A stretch of 64,000 nt of DNA from an uncultured Chloroflexia bacterium (GCA_963797855.1 CAWCQX010000008.1:34648-98647); one strand, 5' to 3'; shown: positions 27,549 through 41,578, counted from the stretch's first letter. A program made the numbers and translations. Notes: generated by a model from the letters alone, not told the origin.

Positions 27549-28822
27549 TCGTCCTCGCCCCATTCGAGCTCGGCCGAGCCGATGTGCACGGTGGTCCCCG
27601 GCCCGGCGCCGTGTCGCCGCAGCTCCGCGTCGATGCCGAGCCGCTCGAGGAGGCGCCAGAACCGATCGCGGGACTCGTCGTTCTCGAAGTCGGTGCGCGC
27701 GGCGGCCGTCTCGACGCGCCGGCCCTGCACGCGGAGCCCGACGCCGTCGGCGACCACCTGCCATCCCTCGGCGAGCGGGTCGAAGCGATGGACGACGCGC
27801 TCCTCGTCGGCAGGCTGGACCGAAGCTCGATCCGCCGCCTCGTCGAGCGCGGTCGCCAGCCGGGCGCGCAGCTCGTCGAGGCCGGTCCCGTCGTGGGCGC
27901 TGACACCGATGGAGCCGGGAAGCGATCGGTGCAGCTCCGGCCACGCCTCGCGCACCTCGGGAAGGTCGAGCTTCGTCACGACCAGCGGCATCGGTCGCTC
28001 GGCGAGCGCCGGATCGTGCAGTCGCAGCTCCTCGGCGACCGCCTCCCACTCCTCCACCGGCTCCCGCGCGGCGCCGTCGACGACACCCACGAGGATCCGG
28101 GTGCGTTCGACGTGGCGCAGGAACTGGTGGCCCAGGCCCTTGCCCTCGTGGGCGCCCTCGATCAGCCCGGGCACGTCCGCGATGACCGCGAGCCGCTCTC
28201 CGTCGGAATCGAGCGCGATCACGCCGAGGTTTGGGCTGATCGTCGTGAACGGGTAGGCCCCGACTTCGGGCCGGGCCTCGGTGAGCGCCGCCAGCAGCGT
28301 CGACTTGCCGGCGTTCGGCGCGCCGACCAGGCCGATGTCGGCGATGAGCTTCAGCTCGAGCTCGACCCAGCGCTCCTCGCCGGGCGTGCCCTTCTCGGCG
28401 TGGCGCGGCGCGCGGTTGGTCGGCGTCGCGAAGCGGGCATTTCCGCGACCGCCGCGACCGCCGCGGGCGACGACGAGGCGGGAATCGGCATCGAGCAGCT
28501 CGCCGATCCATTCGCCTTCGGGATGAGAGCGGATGACCGTCCCCGGCGGCACGCGAACGATGACGTCCGCGGCGCTGCGACCGTGGGATCTGCGCCCGGT
28601 GCCGCGGCCGCCCGGGTCGGCTCGGAAGTGGCGGCGGCGCTGGAGATCGCCGAGGGTCGTCTGACCAGCCTCGACGACCAGGACGACGTCGCCACCCTTG
28701 CCCCCGTCGCCGCCGTCGGGGCCGCCCCGCGGGACGTGTGCCTCGCGGCGGAACGAGCTCGCGCCGTCGCCACCGGCGCCAGCGGCGACGAGGATCCGCG
28801 CGCGGTCAGCGAAGCCGGGCAT
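27545..28822 (-). CDS. obg: GTPase Obg/CgtA
   Basis: Intact; MPGFADRARILVAAGAGGDGASSFRREAHVPRGGPDGGDGGKGGDVVLV..., G1 GAPNAGKST, ADVPGLIEGA, VTKLD. Track ORF 27545..28846 with the internal ATG preferred. Confidence 0.9.
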   Translation of the reverse strand: MPGFADRARILVAAGAGGDGASSFRREAHVPRGGPDGGDGGKGGDVVLVVEAGQTTLGDLQRRRHFRADPGGRGTGRRSHGRSAADVIVRVPPGTVIRSHPEGEWIGELLDADSRLVVARGGRGGRGNARFATPTNRAPRHAEKGTPGEERWVELELKLIADIGLVGAPNAGKSTLLAALTEARPEVGAYPFTTISPNLGVIALDSDGERLAVIADVPGLIEGAHEGKGLGHQFLRHVERTRILVGVVDGAAREPVEEWEAVAEELRLHDPALAERPMPLVVTKLDLPEVREAWPELHRSLPGSIGVSAHDGTGLDELRARLATALDEAADRASVQPADEERVVHRFDPLAEGWQVVADGVGLRVQGRRVETAAARTDFENDESRDRFWRLLERLGIDAELRRHGAGPGTTVHIGSAELEWGEDE

Positions 28823-28891
28823 CAGGAACGGAGCATACGCGCGCACTGGCGCCGCGGTGCTCCGGAGAGATGCCGAGGAGGCGAATCGCCG

Positions 28892-29618
28892 CTAGAGGTA
28901 TCGCAGCGGGTTGTCGATCACGCCGTTCACGATCACCTCGAAGTGAACGTGCGGACCGGTGCACATGCCGGTGCAGCCGACGCCGCCGATGCCCTGGCCG
29001 GCGGCGACGTACTGGCCGGGCGAGACCCAGATGGATCCGAGGTGGTTGTAGACGGTGATCATCCCGTTGCCGTGATCGATCGAGATCACGTTTCCGCCTC
29101 CGTTGTTCCGCCATCCGGCCCACGTGACGACGCCGGCCTGCGCGGCGACGACGGTCGTCCCGTACGGAGCGGCGATGTCGAGCGCCAGGTGGCCGGCGTG
29201 GTAGTACTGGCTGATCGAGCCTCCCGGGACCGGCCATAGCAGGGTCGCCGGGGCGGGAGCCGGGGCACGGGTCGTGGTTGTGACGCCGGCGGCGGTCGAC
29301 GTCGAGCCGACGCTCTGGGGCCCGGGGAGCGGCGTGGCGTCCGGATCGACGGGGACGGGCTCTGGCAGCGGGCCGCTGGTCTGCGGGATGACGGAGCGCG
29401 CGCTGCGGTCGAGGATGGCGACCTTCTCGTCGGCGTCTTGCGTGTCGAACCGGCTCGTCTCGGAGCTGCTGGCTCGGGATGGCCGCGCCGTAGACGGTGG
29501 TGACGAAGGGGGCCGACCCGCCGAACTGGCCGTCGTGTGAGGCGGTCTCGGCGGTCCCCGAGATCCCGGCGAAGCCGGCGGCGGCGACGAGGCTGACGAC
29601 GGACAGGTGAGCGATCAC
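28892..29618 (-). CDS. M23 family metallopeptidase (cell-wall endopeptidase type), at least 2 frame breaks
   Basis: (V)IAHLSVVSLVAAAGFAGISG (anchor) ... LLWPVPGGSISQYYHAGHLALDIAAPYGTTVVAAQAGVVTWAGWRNNGGGNVISIDHGNGMITVYNHLGSIWVSPGQYVAAGQGIGGVGCTGMCTGPHVHFEVIVNGVIDNPLRYL*. HxxxD and HxH motifs present. Confidence 0.75.
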
Positions 29619-29720
29619 CCGTGTCGGCAGAGCTGCTGTTCGTAATTCGGCGATAGAGCCGTCGCGGATCAGGCAATAGGAAACTGAACTCCGCCTACAC
29701 GGGTTGAAGGGTCAACGCTG

Positions 29721-29884
29721 CCGCACGAATCTCCTGTCGGTCCGACCCGGTGGGCTCGCATCCCGCGCCGGTGGCCGATGGCCGGATCTCATGCTCGGCG
29801 CATGGTAACAGCGTGCCAAATGGGCGGCAACCGCAATCCGCACCCCGGCTCGGCGGTACCTGCGGGTCATCGAGTTCGGTGCGG
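29721..29884 (-). promoter_or_regulatory. candidate c-di-AMP (ydaO/yuaA-type) riboswitch in the M23 peptidase leader
   Basis: Minus-strand RNA: CCGCACCGAA-CUC..AGGUACC..GGGGUGCGGAUU-GCGGuugCCGC......GGACCGACAGGAGA-UUCGUGCGG. Outer helix CCGCAC(C)GAA/UUCGUGCGG. The motif order parallels published ydaO RNAs (GAAUCC..GGAACC..GGGGUUAAUC..hairpin..CCGACAGCUAAC..P1). No credible ORF in 29619-29895. Confidence 0.45.
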
Positions 29885-29895
29885 TGCGCATCACT

Positions 29896-31272
29896 TCAGG
29901 GCGCTTCGCTGGAGAGCTGAAGCGCGGGTGGCGACCCCCTGTCCGCCAGGGATGCACGATCGACCGATAGCGAGATCCATGCCAACGCACGGCCCTCGCC
30001 GGACTTCGGGGGCAATTCGATCGAGATGACGACCGATTCTCCCGGGCCCAGCGCCGGGATCTCGGGACCGATCGGCTGGAGATCCTCCGGCGGCCGCGCG
30101 AGGTACGGCGCGTCCGAGGCCTCCCAGCCGGCCTCGAGGCGCGAGCCCGCCGGCCACGCCTCGGTCCCGGTGTTCGTCACCCGCAGCTCGATCGGTCCGT
30201 CGGGGACGACCGGCGGCCAGAACGGCGGCCCGTCGCCCGGCAACCGGCTGCGGTGCGACGCCCGCGGGCACGTCCGACGAGCTCGACGCGCCCCGCGATC
30301 TCCCGCGAGCCGAAGTAGTCGGTCAGCCCATCGAACAGGCCCGCGGCGACGGCGTCCTGGCCGGCATCCGAAGCCAGGAGGTCGTGCTCCGCGCGCAGCG
30401 AGATCGAGCCGACCTCGTCGAGCGCCGACGGCATGAGCAGCCCGCGGTGGGGCTTGCAGTACGTGTCGCCCTCGTGCTCGCAGGTGTCGCCGTCGGCCCA
30501 GGCGCGGCTGATCGCGTAGTAGGCGACCGCCTCGGTGCCGCGGTCCTGGCGGGTGTAGGTCGTCAGCGGATCGATGGCGGCCACCGTCCCGCGCTGGATC
30601 GCATCGGCCAGGCTGGCGCTGGCATCCGGACCCCACGGCGTCTCGTCGTCGTAGAAGGTCTGGCCGAAGGCGACCTCGATCACCTGTCCGCCCTCGGTCG
30701 GCGAGTTGATGTGGATGCTCACGAACGCATCGGCGCCGGCGAGGTTGGCGAGGTCGATCCGGGCCTGGAGCTCGTCCCGGGTGCGGATGCGGCCGGACTC
30801 CTCGAAGCCCGAGTTGCCGTCACCGTCGACGTCGCGCCAGGGTGGGCCGTCGCAGCCGAGCTCGGGGTAGTCGTCCCCGGCCAGCGCGACGTCGCCGTCG
30901 CGAATCATGACCACGCCGATCCCGTCCGCCTCCAGCCGATCGCGGAGCCGCTGGGCGATGCCGAGCGTGAGCGTCTTCTCGGCGAGCTCGACGCCGCGTC
31001 GCGATGGGTCGGGCACGCCCCAGTCGAGGCACCCGCCGTGGCCGGCGTCGATCGCGACGACGATCGCGCGCGGGTTCGGCTCATACACGGCGCTGTCGGA
31101 TCCGGGCGCCGGCTCGACGGCGCCGGCCTCGGGCGTGGCCGTCGACTGCCGGGGTGGTCGAGGGCTGGACGGTCGGGATCGGCGACGCGGTCTGGGTGGC
31201 GTCGCCCGCGTCGCAGGCGGCGGTCAGGAGGACCGCCAGGATGGCAACGGCGAGTCGGCGCCAGAGACGCAT
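29896..31272 (-). CDS. N-acetylmuramoyl-L-alanine amidase (Amidase_3) lipoprotein with C-terminal beta-sandwich-like extension, at least 2 frame breaks
   Basis: MRLWRRLAVAILAVLLTAAC (lipobox) ... | PRAIVVAIDAGHGG...FVSIHINS...LLMPSALDEVGSISL...AVAAGLFDGLTDYF | ...GPIELRVTNTGTEAWPAGSRLEAGWEASDAPYL...ESVVISIELPPKSGEGRALAWISLSVD...*. Confidence 0.75.
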
Positions 31273-31311
31273 CGGCTCAAGCATGCCGCACGGTCGCGCG
31301 GAGGGCCGGGC

Positions 31312-32727
31312 TCAGGCCCGCTCGGACGCCTCGACGCTCTTCGACAGCGAGACGAGGAACTCGGCGTTGTTCTTCGTCTTGCCGAGTCGCTGCATCAGCA
31401 GCTCGATGCCCTCGTTCGGGCCGACCGCGGACAGCATCCGGCGCATCGTCCAGACCATGCGCAGCTCGTTCTCGTCGAGGAGCAGCTCCTCGCGGCGGGT
31501 GCCGGAGCGGAGGACGTCGATCGCCGGGAAGATCCGCTTCTCGCTGAGCTTGCGGTCGAGGGCCAGCTCCATGTTGCCGGTGCCCTTGAACTCCTCGTAG
31601 ATGACGTCGTCCATCCGCGAGCCGGTGTCGACCAGGCAGGTCGCGATGATCGTCAGCGATCCGCCGTTCTCGATGTTGCGCGCCGCGCCGAAGAATCGCT
31701 TCGGCGGATAGAGCGCGACGGGATCGACGCCGCCGGACAGGGTCTTGCCCGATGCGGGGAGAGCGAGGTTGTAGGCGCGCGCCAGGCGCGTGATCGAGTC
31801 GAGCAGGATCACGACGTCGCGGCCGGTCTCGACCTGGCGCTTCGCGATCTCGAGGCACATCTCGGCGACGCGGGTGTGGTTCTCGGTCGGCTCGTCGAAC
31901 GTGCTCGAGTAGATCTCGCCCTTCACCGAGCGCTCCATGTCGGTGACCTCTTCCGGTCGCTCGCCGATGAGGGCGACCATCAGCAGGGCTTCGGGTGAGT
32001 TCTCGGTGATGCCGGACGCGATCTGCTTGAGGACGGTCGTCTTGCCGGCCTTCGCGGGCGAGAGGATCAGGCCGCGCTGGCCCTTGCCGACCGGGCTGAT
32101 GAGGTTGACCAGCCGCTGGGTGAGGTTCTTCTGATCGGTCTCGAGATCGAACATCTCGTCCGGGAAGACCGGGACGAGCGCGTCGAAGTTCGGCCGCCGC
32201 TTGGCGATCTCGGGCTCGACTCCGTTGACGATGTCGACGCGGAGCAGGCCCCAGTACTTCTCCTGGTCCTTCGGCTGGCGGGTCTGGCCGGCGACGCGGT
32301 CGCCGGTGCGCAGGCCGAAGCGACGCACCTGGGACGAGGAGACGTAGATGTCCTGCGGCGAGGGCATGACGCCGTTCACGCGCAGGAAGCCGAAGCCCTC
32401 GTCGACGATCTCGAGGATCCCCTCCGCCACCGCCGGCTGGCCGTTGCGGTCTCGCGGCTGCGTGGGCGCCAGGGGGACGACGTCGAGGAGCTTCAGGACG
32501 AGGTCCGAGTGCTCGAGCTCCTCGTGGCCCTCGATGTCGTGCTCGGCGGCGAGCTCGCGCAGCTCATCGACCGACTTCGCCTGGAGGTCGGCGAGGTTCA
32601 GGCCGTCCTCGTCGGCATCGGTCGGGAAGGGCCCGGTGAAGATGGACGAGTACTGCCCCGAGGCGTAGTCGTTGCGGCGGCGCTGGCTGAAGCCGCGCTG
32701 GTTAGCCGCCCTGACGGCGAGGGGCAT
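31312..32727 (-). CDS. rho: transcription termination factor Rho
   Basis: Intact 471 aa: [30 protein letters not shown], cold-shock-like RRFGLRTGD, Walker [38 protein letters not shown] 5' extension to ATG 32785 (MNDDDARPQQQRRRS...) would need one more frame change. Confidence 0.9.
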   Translation of the reverse strand: MPLAVRAANQRGFSQRRRNDYASGQYSSIFTGPFPTDADEDGLNLADLQAKSVDELRELAAEHDIEGHEELEHSDLVLKLLDVVPLAPTQPRDRNGQPAVAEGILEIVDEGFGFLRVNGVMPSPQDIYVSSSQVRRFGLRTGDRVAGQTRQPKDQEKYWGLLRVDIVNGVEPEIAKRRPNFDALVPVFPDEMFDLETDQKNLTQRLVNLISPVGKGQRGLILSPAKAGKTTVLKQIASGITENSPEALLMVALIGERPEEVTDMERSVKGEIYSSTFDEPTENHTRVAEMCLEIAKRQVETGRDVVILLDSITRLARAYNLALPASGKTLSGGVDPVALYPPKRFFGAARNIENGGSLTIIATCLVDTGSRMDDVIYEEFKGTGNMELALDRKLSEKRIFPAIDVLRSGTRREELLLDENELRMVWTMRRMLSAVGPNEGIELLMQRLGKTKNNAEFLVSLSKSVEASERA

Positions 32728-32958
32728 TGTCCGCGCGGCGTCGCGACCGGCGACGCTGCTGCTGGGGCCGTGCGTCGTCGTTCATCGCCTCGCCTGCCAG
32801 CGGTGCTTCATCTGGGAGATGACCTCGATGTGGGTGGGGAGAGCCGTTCCTGCGGGCCGAGAGTCGGCGGCACGACCGGGTGTTGAAGGGGCGACCTCTG
32901 GGCGGACACGACCGTCGGTCGCAGCAGTGGGGTTCGGGAATCGCGTGCGGTCAAACGG

Positions 32959-36321
<3,363 letters not shown>

Positions 36322-36399
36322 CCGGCTCCGCCGGACCGTCCACGGCATGGCGGCTGACCTCGCGCACCGAACGCGCGGGCGGCCGCCTATCCTTCGTCG

Positions 36400-36666
36400 A
36401 TGCCCGCCCAGCACGACCCGGCCACGCACGTCCAGCTCGCCTTCTTCCGCGACGGGCATCTCACATCGCTGCCGAGCCGATCGAGCTACCGTCTCGCCGC
36501 ACTGGCCGTCCTGGCCGAACGGTTCGAGCCAGGGCACCGATACGCCGAGCGCGAGGTCTCGGCGATCCTCGCCGACGATGCCCCGGATCCGGCCACCCTG
36601 CGTCGCCTCCTCGTCGACCACGGCCTGCTCTCGCGGGCCGCCGGGGAGTACTGGCGCGACCGATGA
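36400..36666 (+). CDS. DUF2087 domain-containing protein
   Basis: Intact 88 aa. LPSRSSYRLAALAVLAERFEPGHRYAEREVSAILADDAPDPATLRRLLVDHGLLSRAAGEYWR fits the DUF2087 pattern. The stop overlaps the next ATG (ATGA). Confidence 0.6.
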   Translation: MPAQHDPATHVQLAFFRDGHLTSLPSRSSYRLAALAVLAERFEPGHRYAEREVSAILADDAPDPATLRRLLVDHGLLSRAAGEYWRDR

Positions 36667-37481
36667 GGTTCGTCGTCGGCGTCGTCAGGCTGATCCACCC
36701 GGCGCCGGCGGCGGCGGTCGTGGCCCTCAGCGCCGCGCTCGGCGCGATCCTGGCTGCCCAGGCCGGTGGGGTGCCGGGGTGGAGGCTGGCGCTGACGACG
36801 CTGGCGGTGGCGGGATCGCAGATCCTCACCGGCGCGCTCAACGACTGGGCCGATCGGGATCGCGACCTCGTCGCTCAGCCCTCGAAGCCGATCCCGTCCG
36901 GGATGGTGAAGCCCGGGGTGGCCCTCGAGGTCGCCGGCGTCGGCGCGGGCCTCCAGATGGTCGCCTCGCTCCCGCTCGGTCCCCTTCCGCTGCTCCTCGG
37001 CGCGGTCGCGTCCGGGTCGGCCGCCGCCTACAACCTGTGGCTGTCGCGCACGCCGTACTCGGTGGTCCCGTACCTCGTCAGCTTCAGCATCCTCCCCCTG
37101 TGGATCGCCGCGGGGGTCGGCGTCGACCTCGGGCGCGTTGCCGCGGCGCCATTGCTGGTCGGGCCGTTCGCCGCGGCCGCGCATCTCGCGAACACGCTGC
37201 GCGACTTCGACGCGGACGCGCGGCTGGGCTCACGGAACCTGGCGCAGGTCCTGGGGCGGGCGACCGCCTTCCGGCTCGCCTGGGCGCTGGCGTTGGCGGT
37301 CGGCCTGGGAGTTGGAGCGGCGCTGCTCGTCGGCGGCCCGGTCGCGCCGGTGGCGGTCGGGCTGGGCATCGCCGGTCTCGCGGCGGTGGCGCAGGGACGT
37401 GCGGGCCCGCAGCGCCTCTGGGCCGGAATGCTCGTCGCGGCGGTGTGCTGGACTGCCGCCTGGGCGCTCGCCACGGCCTGA
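36663..37481 (+). CDS. UbiA family prenyltransferase
   Basis: Intact 272 aa polytopic protein with NDWADRDRD and a second Asp-rich motif LRDFDADARLG. Confidence 0.8.
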   Translation: MRFVVGVVRLIHPAPAAAVVALSAALGAILAAQAGGVPGWRLALTTLAVAGSQILTGALNDWADRDRDLVAQPSKPIPSGMVKPGVALEVAGVGAGLQMVASLPLGPLPLLLGAVASGSAAAYNLWLSRTPYSVVPYLVSFSILPLWIAAGVGVDLGRVAAAPLLVGPFAAAAHLANTLRDFDADARLGSRNLAQVLGRATAFRLAWALALAVGLGVGAALLVGGPVAPVAVGLGIAGLAAVAQGRAGPQRLWAGMLVAAVCWTAAWALATA

Positions 37482-37561
37482 TCGCGGAGACGAACGAACC
37501 GGCGCGTCCGGCGCCGGTTCCTCAGTGATCGGTCCGGCCGCGATCGCGGGCCGAGCGAGGA

Positions 37562-37714
37562 TCAGATCGTGTCGTCGAGCTCCATGTCTTCGTCATCGGC
37601 CTCTTCGGTGAGCTTCAGCCACACGAACAGGCCCGCGAGGACGGTGAGCGGGACGATGATCATCGCGGCGAGGACGCCGGCGATGGCAATGAGCAAGACT
37701 TTGATCGCCTTCAT
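37562..37714 (-). CDS. 50-aa single-pass membrane protein with acidic tail (below the ORF-track size cut-off)
   Basis: AGGGAG SD then MKAIKVLLIAIAGVLAAMIIVPLTVLAGLFVWLKLTEEADDEDMELDDTI*. Starts 12 nt after the upstream gene stop. Confidence 0.45.
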   Translation of the reverse strand: MKAIKVLLIAIAGVLAAMIIVPLTVLAGLFVWLKLTEEADDEDMELDDTI

Positions 37715-37726
37715 GGGAACTCCCTG

Positions 37727-38249
37727 CTAGGGCGCGCCGGTGGGCTTTGGCGCTGGCTGCTGTCGCTGCTCGGGCGCGGACTCGATCATAGCCAAGATCT
37801 CGTCTCGCGTGAATTCGGCGAGCTGGTGGGCGACGCGTGACCCCGACGACGCCGAAGAGCCTCAGCACGAACGAGCCTTCCTGCTCGAAGAGGAAGACGT
37901 CATGGGCCTTCTGCGAGTCGATGTAGCTGCCGAGCACCCGCATCGCGTGCTCGTAATAGTTCGTGATCTCGGCGTGCGGGACGCTGTCCGGCGCGGTGCC
38001 GCGCTGCGCGACGGCGACATCCATGAGCTCGGCGACCTGGTCATCGGTCAGCTCATACGTTCGCTTCACCGCCGAGCCGAAGCTGTCGGAGTCCGCGCCG
38101 CCGGACTGGAGTCCCAGGCCCTGGAGCACGAAGCCGACCTCGAGCTCGAGGAGGAGGAGCTCCTTCAGCTGCTCCCGATCGGCGAAGGCACCGATGCTCC
38201 GCAGGACCTCTTCCCACTGCTGACGCGGGCTGCCTTCGTAGATGCGCAT
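37727..38249 (-). CDS. hypothetical protein, 1 frame break at the C4 run 37841-37844
   Basis: [48 protein letters not shown]...[39 protein letters not shown] | [37 protein letters not shown]. Confidence 0.5.
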
Positions 38250-38279
38250 GGCGTCCGCGGAGCATACCGCCGAGGGCGA

Positions 38280-39192
38280 TCAGGTCAAGACCGATGCGAT
38301 CGCCCCGGCCGTCCGCGCATTGGCGACGATCAGGCCGATGTTCACGCGGAGCGTCCGCCCGCCCGACGCCCGTGCCAGGTGGCCGAGCAGGTGGGGCGTC
38401 ACGGCCCCGCCGTGGATGCTCCGGCTCTCGGCGTCCGCGATCGCCTCGCGGATCCAACCGTCGACCTCGTCGCGGTCGATGGCGAGATCGGCGGGCGGCG
38501 GCTGGACGACGAGGATGCCGCCGGCGCCCGGGATCGACCGATGCGCCGCGATCGCGGCGGCCGCCGCGGCCGGCCCGTCGACGCGGTGCGCCAACCGCAG
38601 CCCGGAGGTCGTGCTGTAGAACGCCGGCAGCTCGTCGGTCCCATAGCCGACCACCGGCACGCGGCGCGTCTCGAGGAGCTCGAGGGTCGCGGGCAGGTCG
38701 AGGATCGACTTGGCGCCCGAGCAGACGACGGCGACGGGCGTCGCGGCCAGCTCGTCGATGTCGCTCGACACGTCGAAGCGTCGACGCGGCGCCCCGGTGC
38801 ACGCCGCCGATGCCACCGGTGGCGAACATCGCGATGCCGGCGAGGTGCGCCGCGCGCATCGTGGCGCTCACCGTCGTCGAGGCCAGGACGCGCGCGGCGA
38901 GGAGCGGCCCCAGGTCACGAGACCCGGCCTTCGCGACCTCGCGACCCGGGTCGGCCAGTCGCTCGAGGAGTGCGCGATCGGCACCGACGACGATCCGGCC
39001 GTCCTCGACGGCGACGGTGGCCGGGACCGCGCCGGCCTCGCGGACCGCCGCCTCGGCCGCCAGTGCTGTCTCGAGGTTGTCGGGGACGGGCAGGCCCTGG
39101 GCGATCAGGCTCGACTCGAGCGCGACGACGCCCCGTCCGGCATCGAGCGCGTCTCGGACCTCGTCGGCGACCGCGAGGAAGGCCATCGTCAT
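38280..39192 (-). CDS. psuG: pseudouridine-5'-phosphate glycosidase, 1 frame break (~38810)
   Basis: [41 protein letters not shown]...[29 protein letters not shown] | [54 protein letters not shown]...[21 protein letters not shown]. Confidence 0.85.
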
Positions 39193-40078
39193 GCCGGCGG
39201 CTCCGCGGCGACCCGGCCCTGCGCGCCGGGCACGCTCGCCACGGCCGACGCCAGGTCCGCCCCCGACGCCATCGCATGCTCGAGCTGCCCGGCGTCGGGC
39301 GGCCATCGCGCGTCGGCGAGGTCCGCGATCAGCCCCGCGCTGAACGCGTCGCCGGCGCCGGTCGCGTCGACGGCCGGTTCCGCGCTCGTGGCCGCGATCT
39401 CGACCGACACCCCGTCGAGGGACGCGGCCGCCCCGCCAGGGTGCGTGACGACCGCGATCGCTCCGAGCCGCTCGGCGACGTCGGCGCGCGAGCGTGGACG
39501 GCTCCGCGTCGAAGCCGGAGATCGCGCCCGCCTCGTCCGCGTTGACGATCGCGAGGTGCGGCCGCAGGTCGGCCGCGGCATCCAGCCAGCCGGAGACCTG
39601 GGTCGAGTCGAGCGAGCATCCCAGGAGGACGCGACGCGGCGATTCGCCGGAGCCGGAGATGCCCGCGTCGGGCTCGAGGAGGAGGTAGCCGGAAACGACG
39701 AGCCAGCCGGCCTCGGCCAGGAGCTCGCGGCCGAGGCCGCATGGCGAATGGCACGCGCTGGCTGAGCATCGTGCGCTCGCGCATCGCATCGAGCAGGACC
39801 ACCACCGCCCCGGATGCCGGCGCGGAGATCCCGACGACCTCCACGCCGTCGGCGGCGAGCCGCTCGCGGAGGAGGCCCCCGGCCGCATCGGCGCCGAGCG
39901 CGCAGACGAGCCGGACGGGCAGGCGCCGGCGGCCGAGGCGGACGGCGACGTTGGCTCCCTGCCCGCCGGGCTCGAGCCGGATCTCGGCCGGCACGTCGCC
40001 GCCAGGTCGGGGAGGCCGGGCGGGAACGACGTGGACGTCGAGCAGGGCGTCGCCGACCACGGTGATCGCGGTCGTCAT
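39189..40078 (-). CDS. psuK: PfkB family carbohydrate kinase (pseudouridine kinase by context), about 3 frame breaks
   Basis: [17 protein letters not shown]...[33 protein letters not shown]... | ...[17 protein letters not shown]... | ...[15 protein letters not shown]...[17 protein letters not shown]...*. The stop overlaps the psuG ATG (ATGA). Confidence 0.7.
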
Positions 40079-40084
40079 CGGCCG

Positions 40085-40387
40085 CTAGAGCGGCTGGCGA
40101 GAGGCGAAGCCCTCGCGCGTCGTGTGCCAGTAGCCGAGATCGCCGTCCGACAGCTTCCAGCACAGCCACGCCCGCTCCCCGCCGCGCACGGTCGGGAAGT
40201 CGACGAGGCCCTCGTCGAGGTCGCGGACCAGGATCCCGAGCGACTCGAGGTGATCGAGCAGCGCGCGCAGGATCTCCGTCGAGGGATCGGGCCGTCGGCG
40301 CTCGACGGCGACCTGGAGCAGGGCGGAGCGCACGACCGGCACGAGGTCCCGCGCCTCATCGACCGTGTACGTCACCTCGCTGGCCAT
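40085..40387 (-). CDS. DUF2203-like small protein
   Basis: MASEVTYTVDEARDLVPVVRSALLQVAVERRR...ESLGILVRDLDEGLVDFPTVRGGERAWLCWKLSDGDLGYWHTTREGFASRQPL*. C-terminal 100 aa of ORF 40085..41053. Confidence 0.5.
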   Translation of the reverse strand: MASEVTYTVDEARDLVPVVRSALLQVAVERRRPDPSTEILRALLDHLESLGILVRDLDEGLVDFPTVRGGERAWLCWKLSDGDLGYWHTTREGFASRQPL

Positions 40388-40483
40388 TCGGTAGCCGATG
40401 GTAGTGCTAGGATCGGGCACCCGACGGGCCTGCTCCGCAACGCGACGGCGCCCGACGAACGCCGGAGGTGACGCTGAGGCGCC

Positions 40484-41575
40484 ATGGCCGACGAGGACCG
40501 CCGCGACGCGAACGGCATCAACGACGAGGCGCCGCCCGGCGCCGATCCGTACACCGCCTACGCCGACTTCAACCTCCCGGCCTACGTCGGACTCCCGAGC
40601 TTCCAGAAGCTGCCCTGGGTGACCGATGCCGAAGCGCTCGCCCGCGAGCGACCCGACGTCGCGATCGTCGGCGCGCCGTACGACGACTCGGTCAGCCATC
40701 GACCCGGCGCGCGATTCGGCCCGCGGGCGATCCGCCAGGCGAGCTATCACGCCGGCGCGATCAACTCGCTCCAGCTCGATATCGAGCCGTACGACTGGCT
40801 GAACGTCGTGGACGCCGGCGACGCCCCGGTGACGCCGATGGACATCGACCGGGCACATGCCGTGATCGAGCGCAAGGTCTTCGACGTCGCCCGCTCGGGC
40901 GCGGTGCCGATCGTGCTGGGTGGCGACCACTCCATCACGTTTCCCTCGGCATCGGCCGTGGCGCGGGCCGTCGCTCCGCGCACGCTCGGCATCGTCCACT
41001 TCGACGCGCACGCGGACGCGGCCAACGCGACGTGGGGCAACCTGCGATCGCACGGAACGCCGATGCGCCGCCTCATCGAGTCCGGGGCGGTCGCCGGCCG
41101 CAACTTCGTCCAGGTCGGGTTACGTGGCTACTGGCCCGGACCCGAGACGCTGGAGTGGATGCGCGAGCAGGGCCTGCGCTGGCACCTGATGACCGAGATC
41201 GAGGAGCGCGGAGCCGAGGCGGTCATCGCCGACGCGATCGCCGAGGCGCTCGACGGGCCGGAGCTGATCTACCTGTCCGTCGACATCGACGTCATCGACC
41301 CGGGGATGGCGCCGGGGACCGGCACGCCCGAGCCGGGTGGGATGCTCACGCGCGAGCTCCTGCGCGCGGTCCGCCAGGTGGTCGGCAGCGTCGAGCTGGC
41401 GGCAATGGACGTCGTCGAGGTCGCCCCGCCGTTCGACCATGCCGAGGTGACGGCCGCGGCCGCGCATCGGTGCGTCCTCGAGGCGATCAGCGCGCTCGCG
41501 GCTCGCCGGCGTGCGGCGGGCGGCTCCCCGATCGCCCACCTCGGTGCGGGCAGCGAGTCGTCCGGCGGCGGTTGA
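40484..41575 (+). CDS. speB: agmatinase / ureohydrolase family protein
   Basis: Intact 363 aa. Mn-binding motifs GGDHS, HFDAHAD, SVDIDVIDP, and EVAPPFD present. Confidence 0.8.
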   Translation: MADEDRRDANGINDEAPPGADPYTAYADFNLPAYVGLPSFQKLPWVTDAEALARERPDVAIVGAPYDDSVSHRPGARFGPRAIRQASYHAGAINSLQLDIEPYDWLNVVDAGDAPVTPMDIDRAHAVIERKVFDVARSGAVPIVLGGDHSITFPSASAVARAVAPRTLGIVHFDAHADAANATWGNLRSHGTPMRRLIESGAVAGRNFVQVGLRGYWPGPETLEWMREQGLRWHLMTEIEERGAEAVIADAIAEALDGPELIYLSVDIDVIDPGMAPGTGTPEPGGMLTRELLRAVRQVVGSVELAAMDVVEVAPPFDHAEVTAAAAHRCVLEAISALAARRRAAGGSPIAHLGAGSESSGGG

Positions 41576-41578
41576 GCC

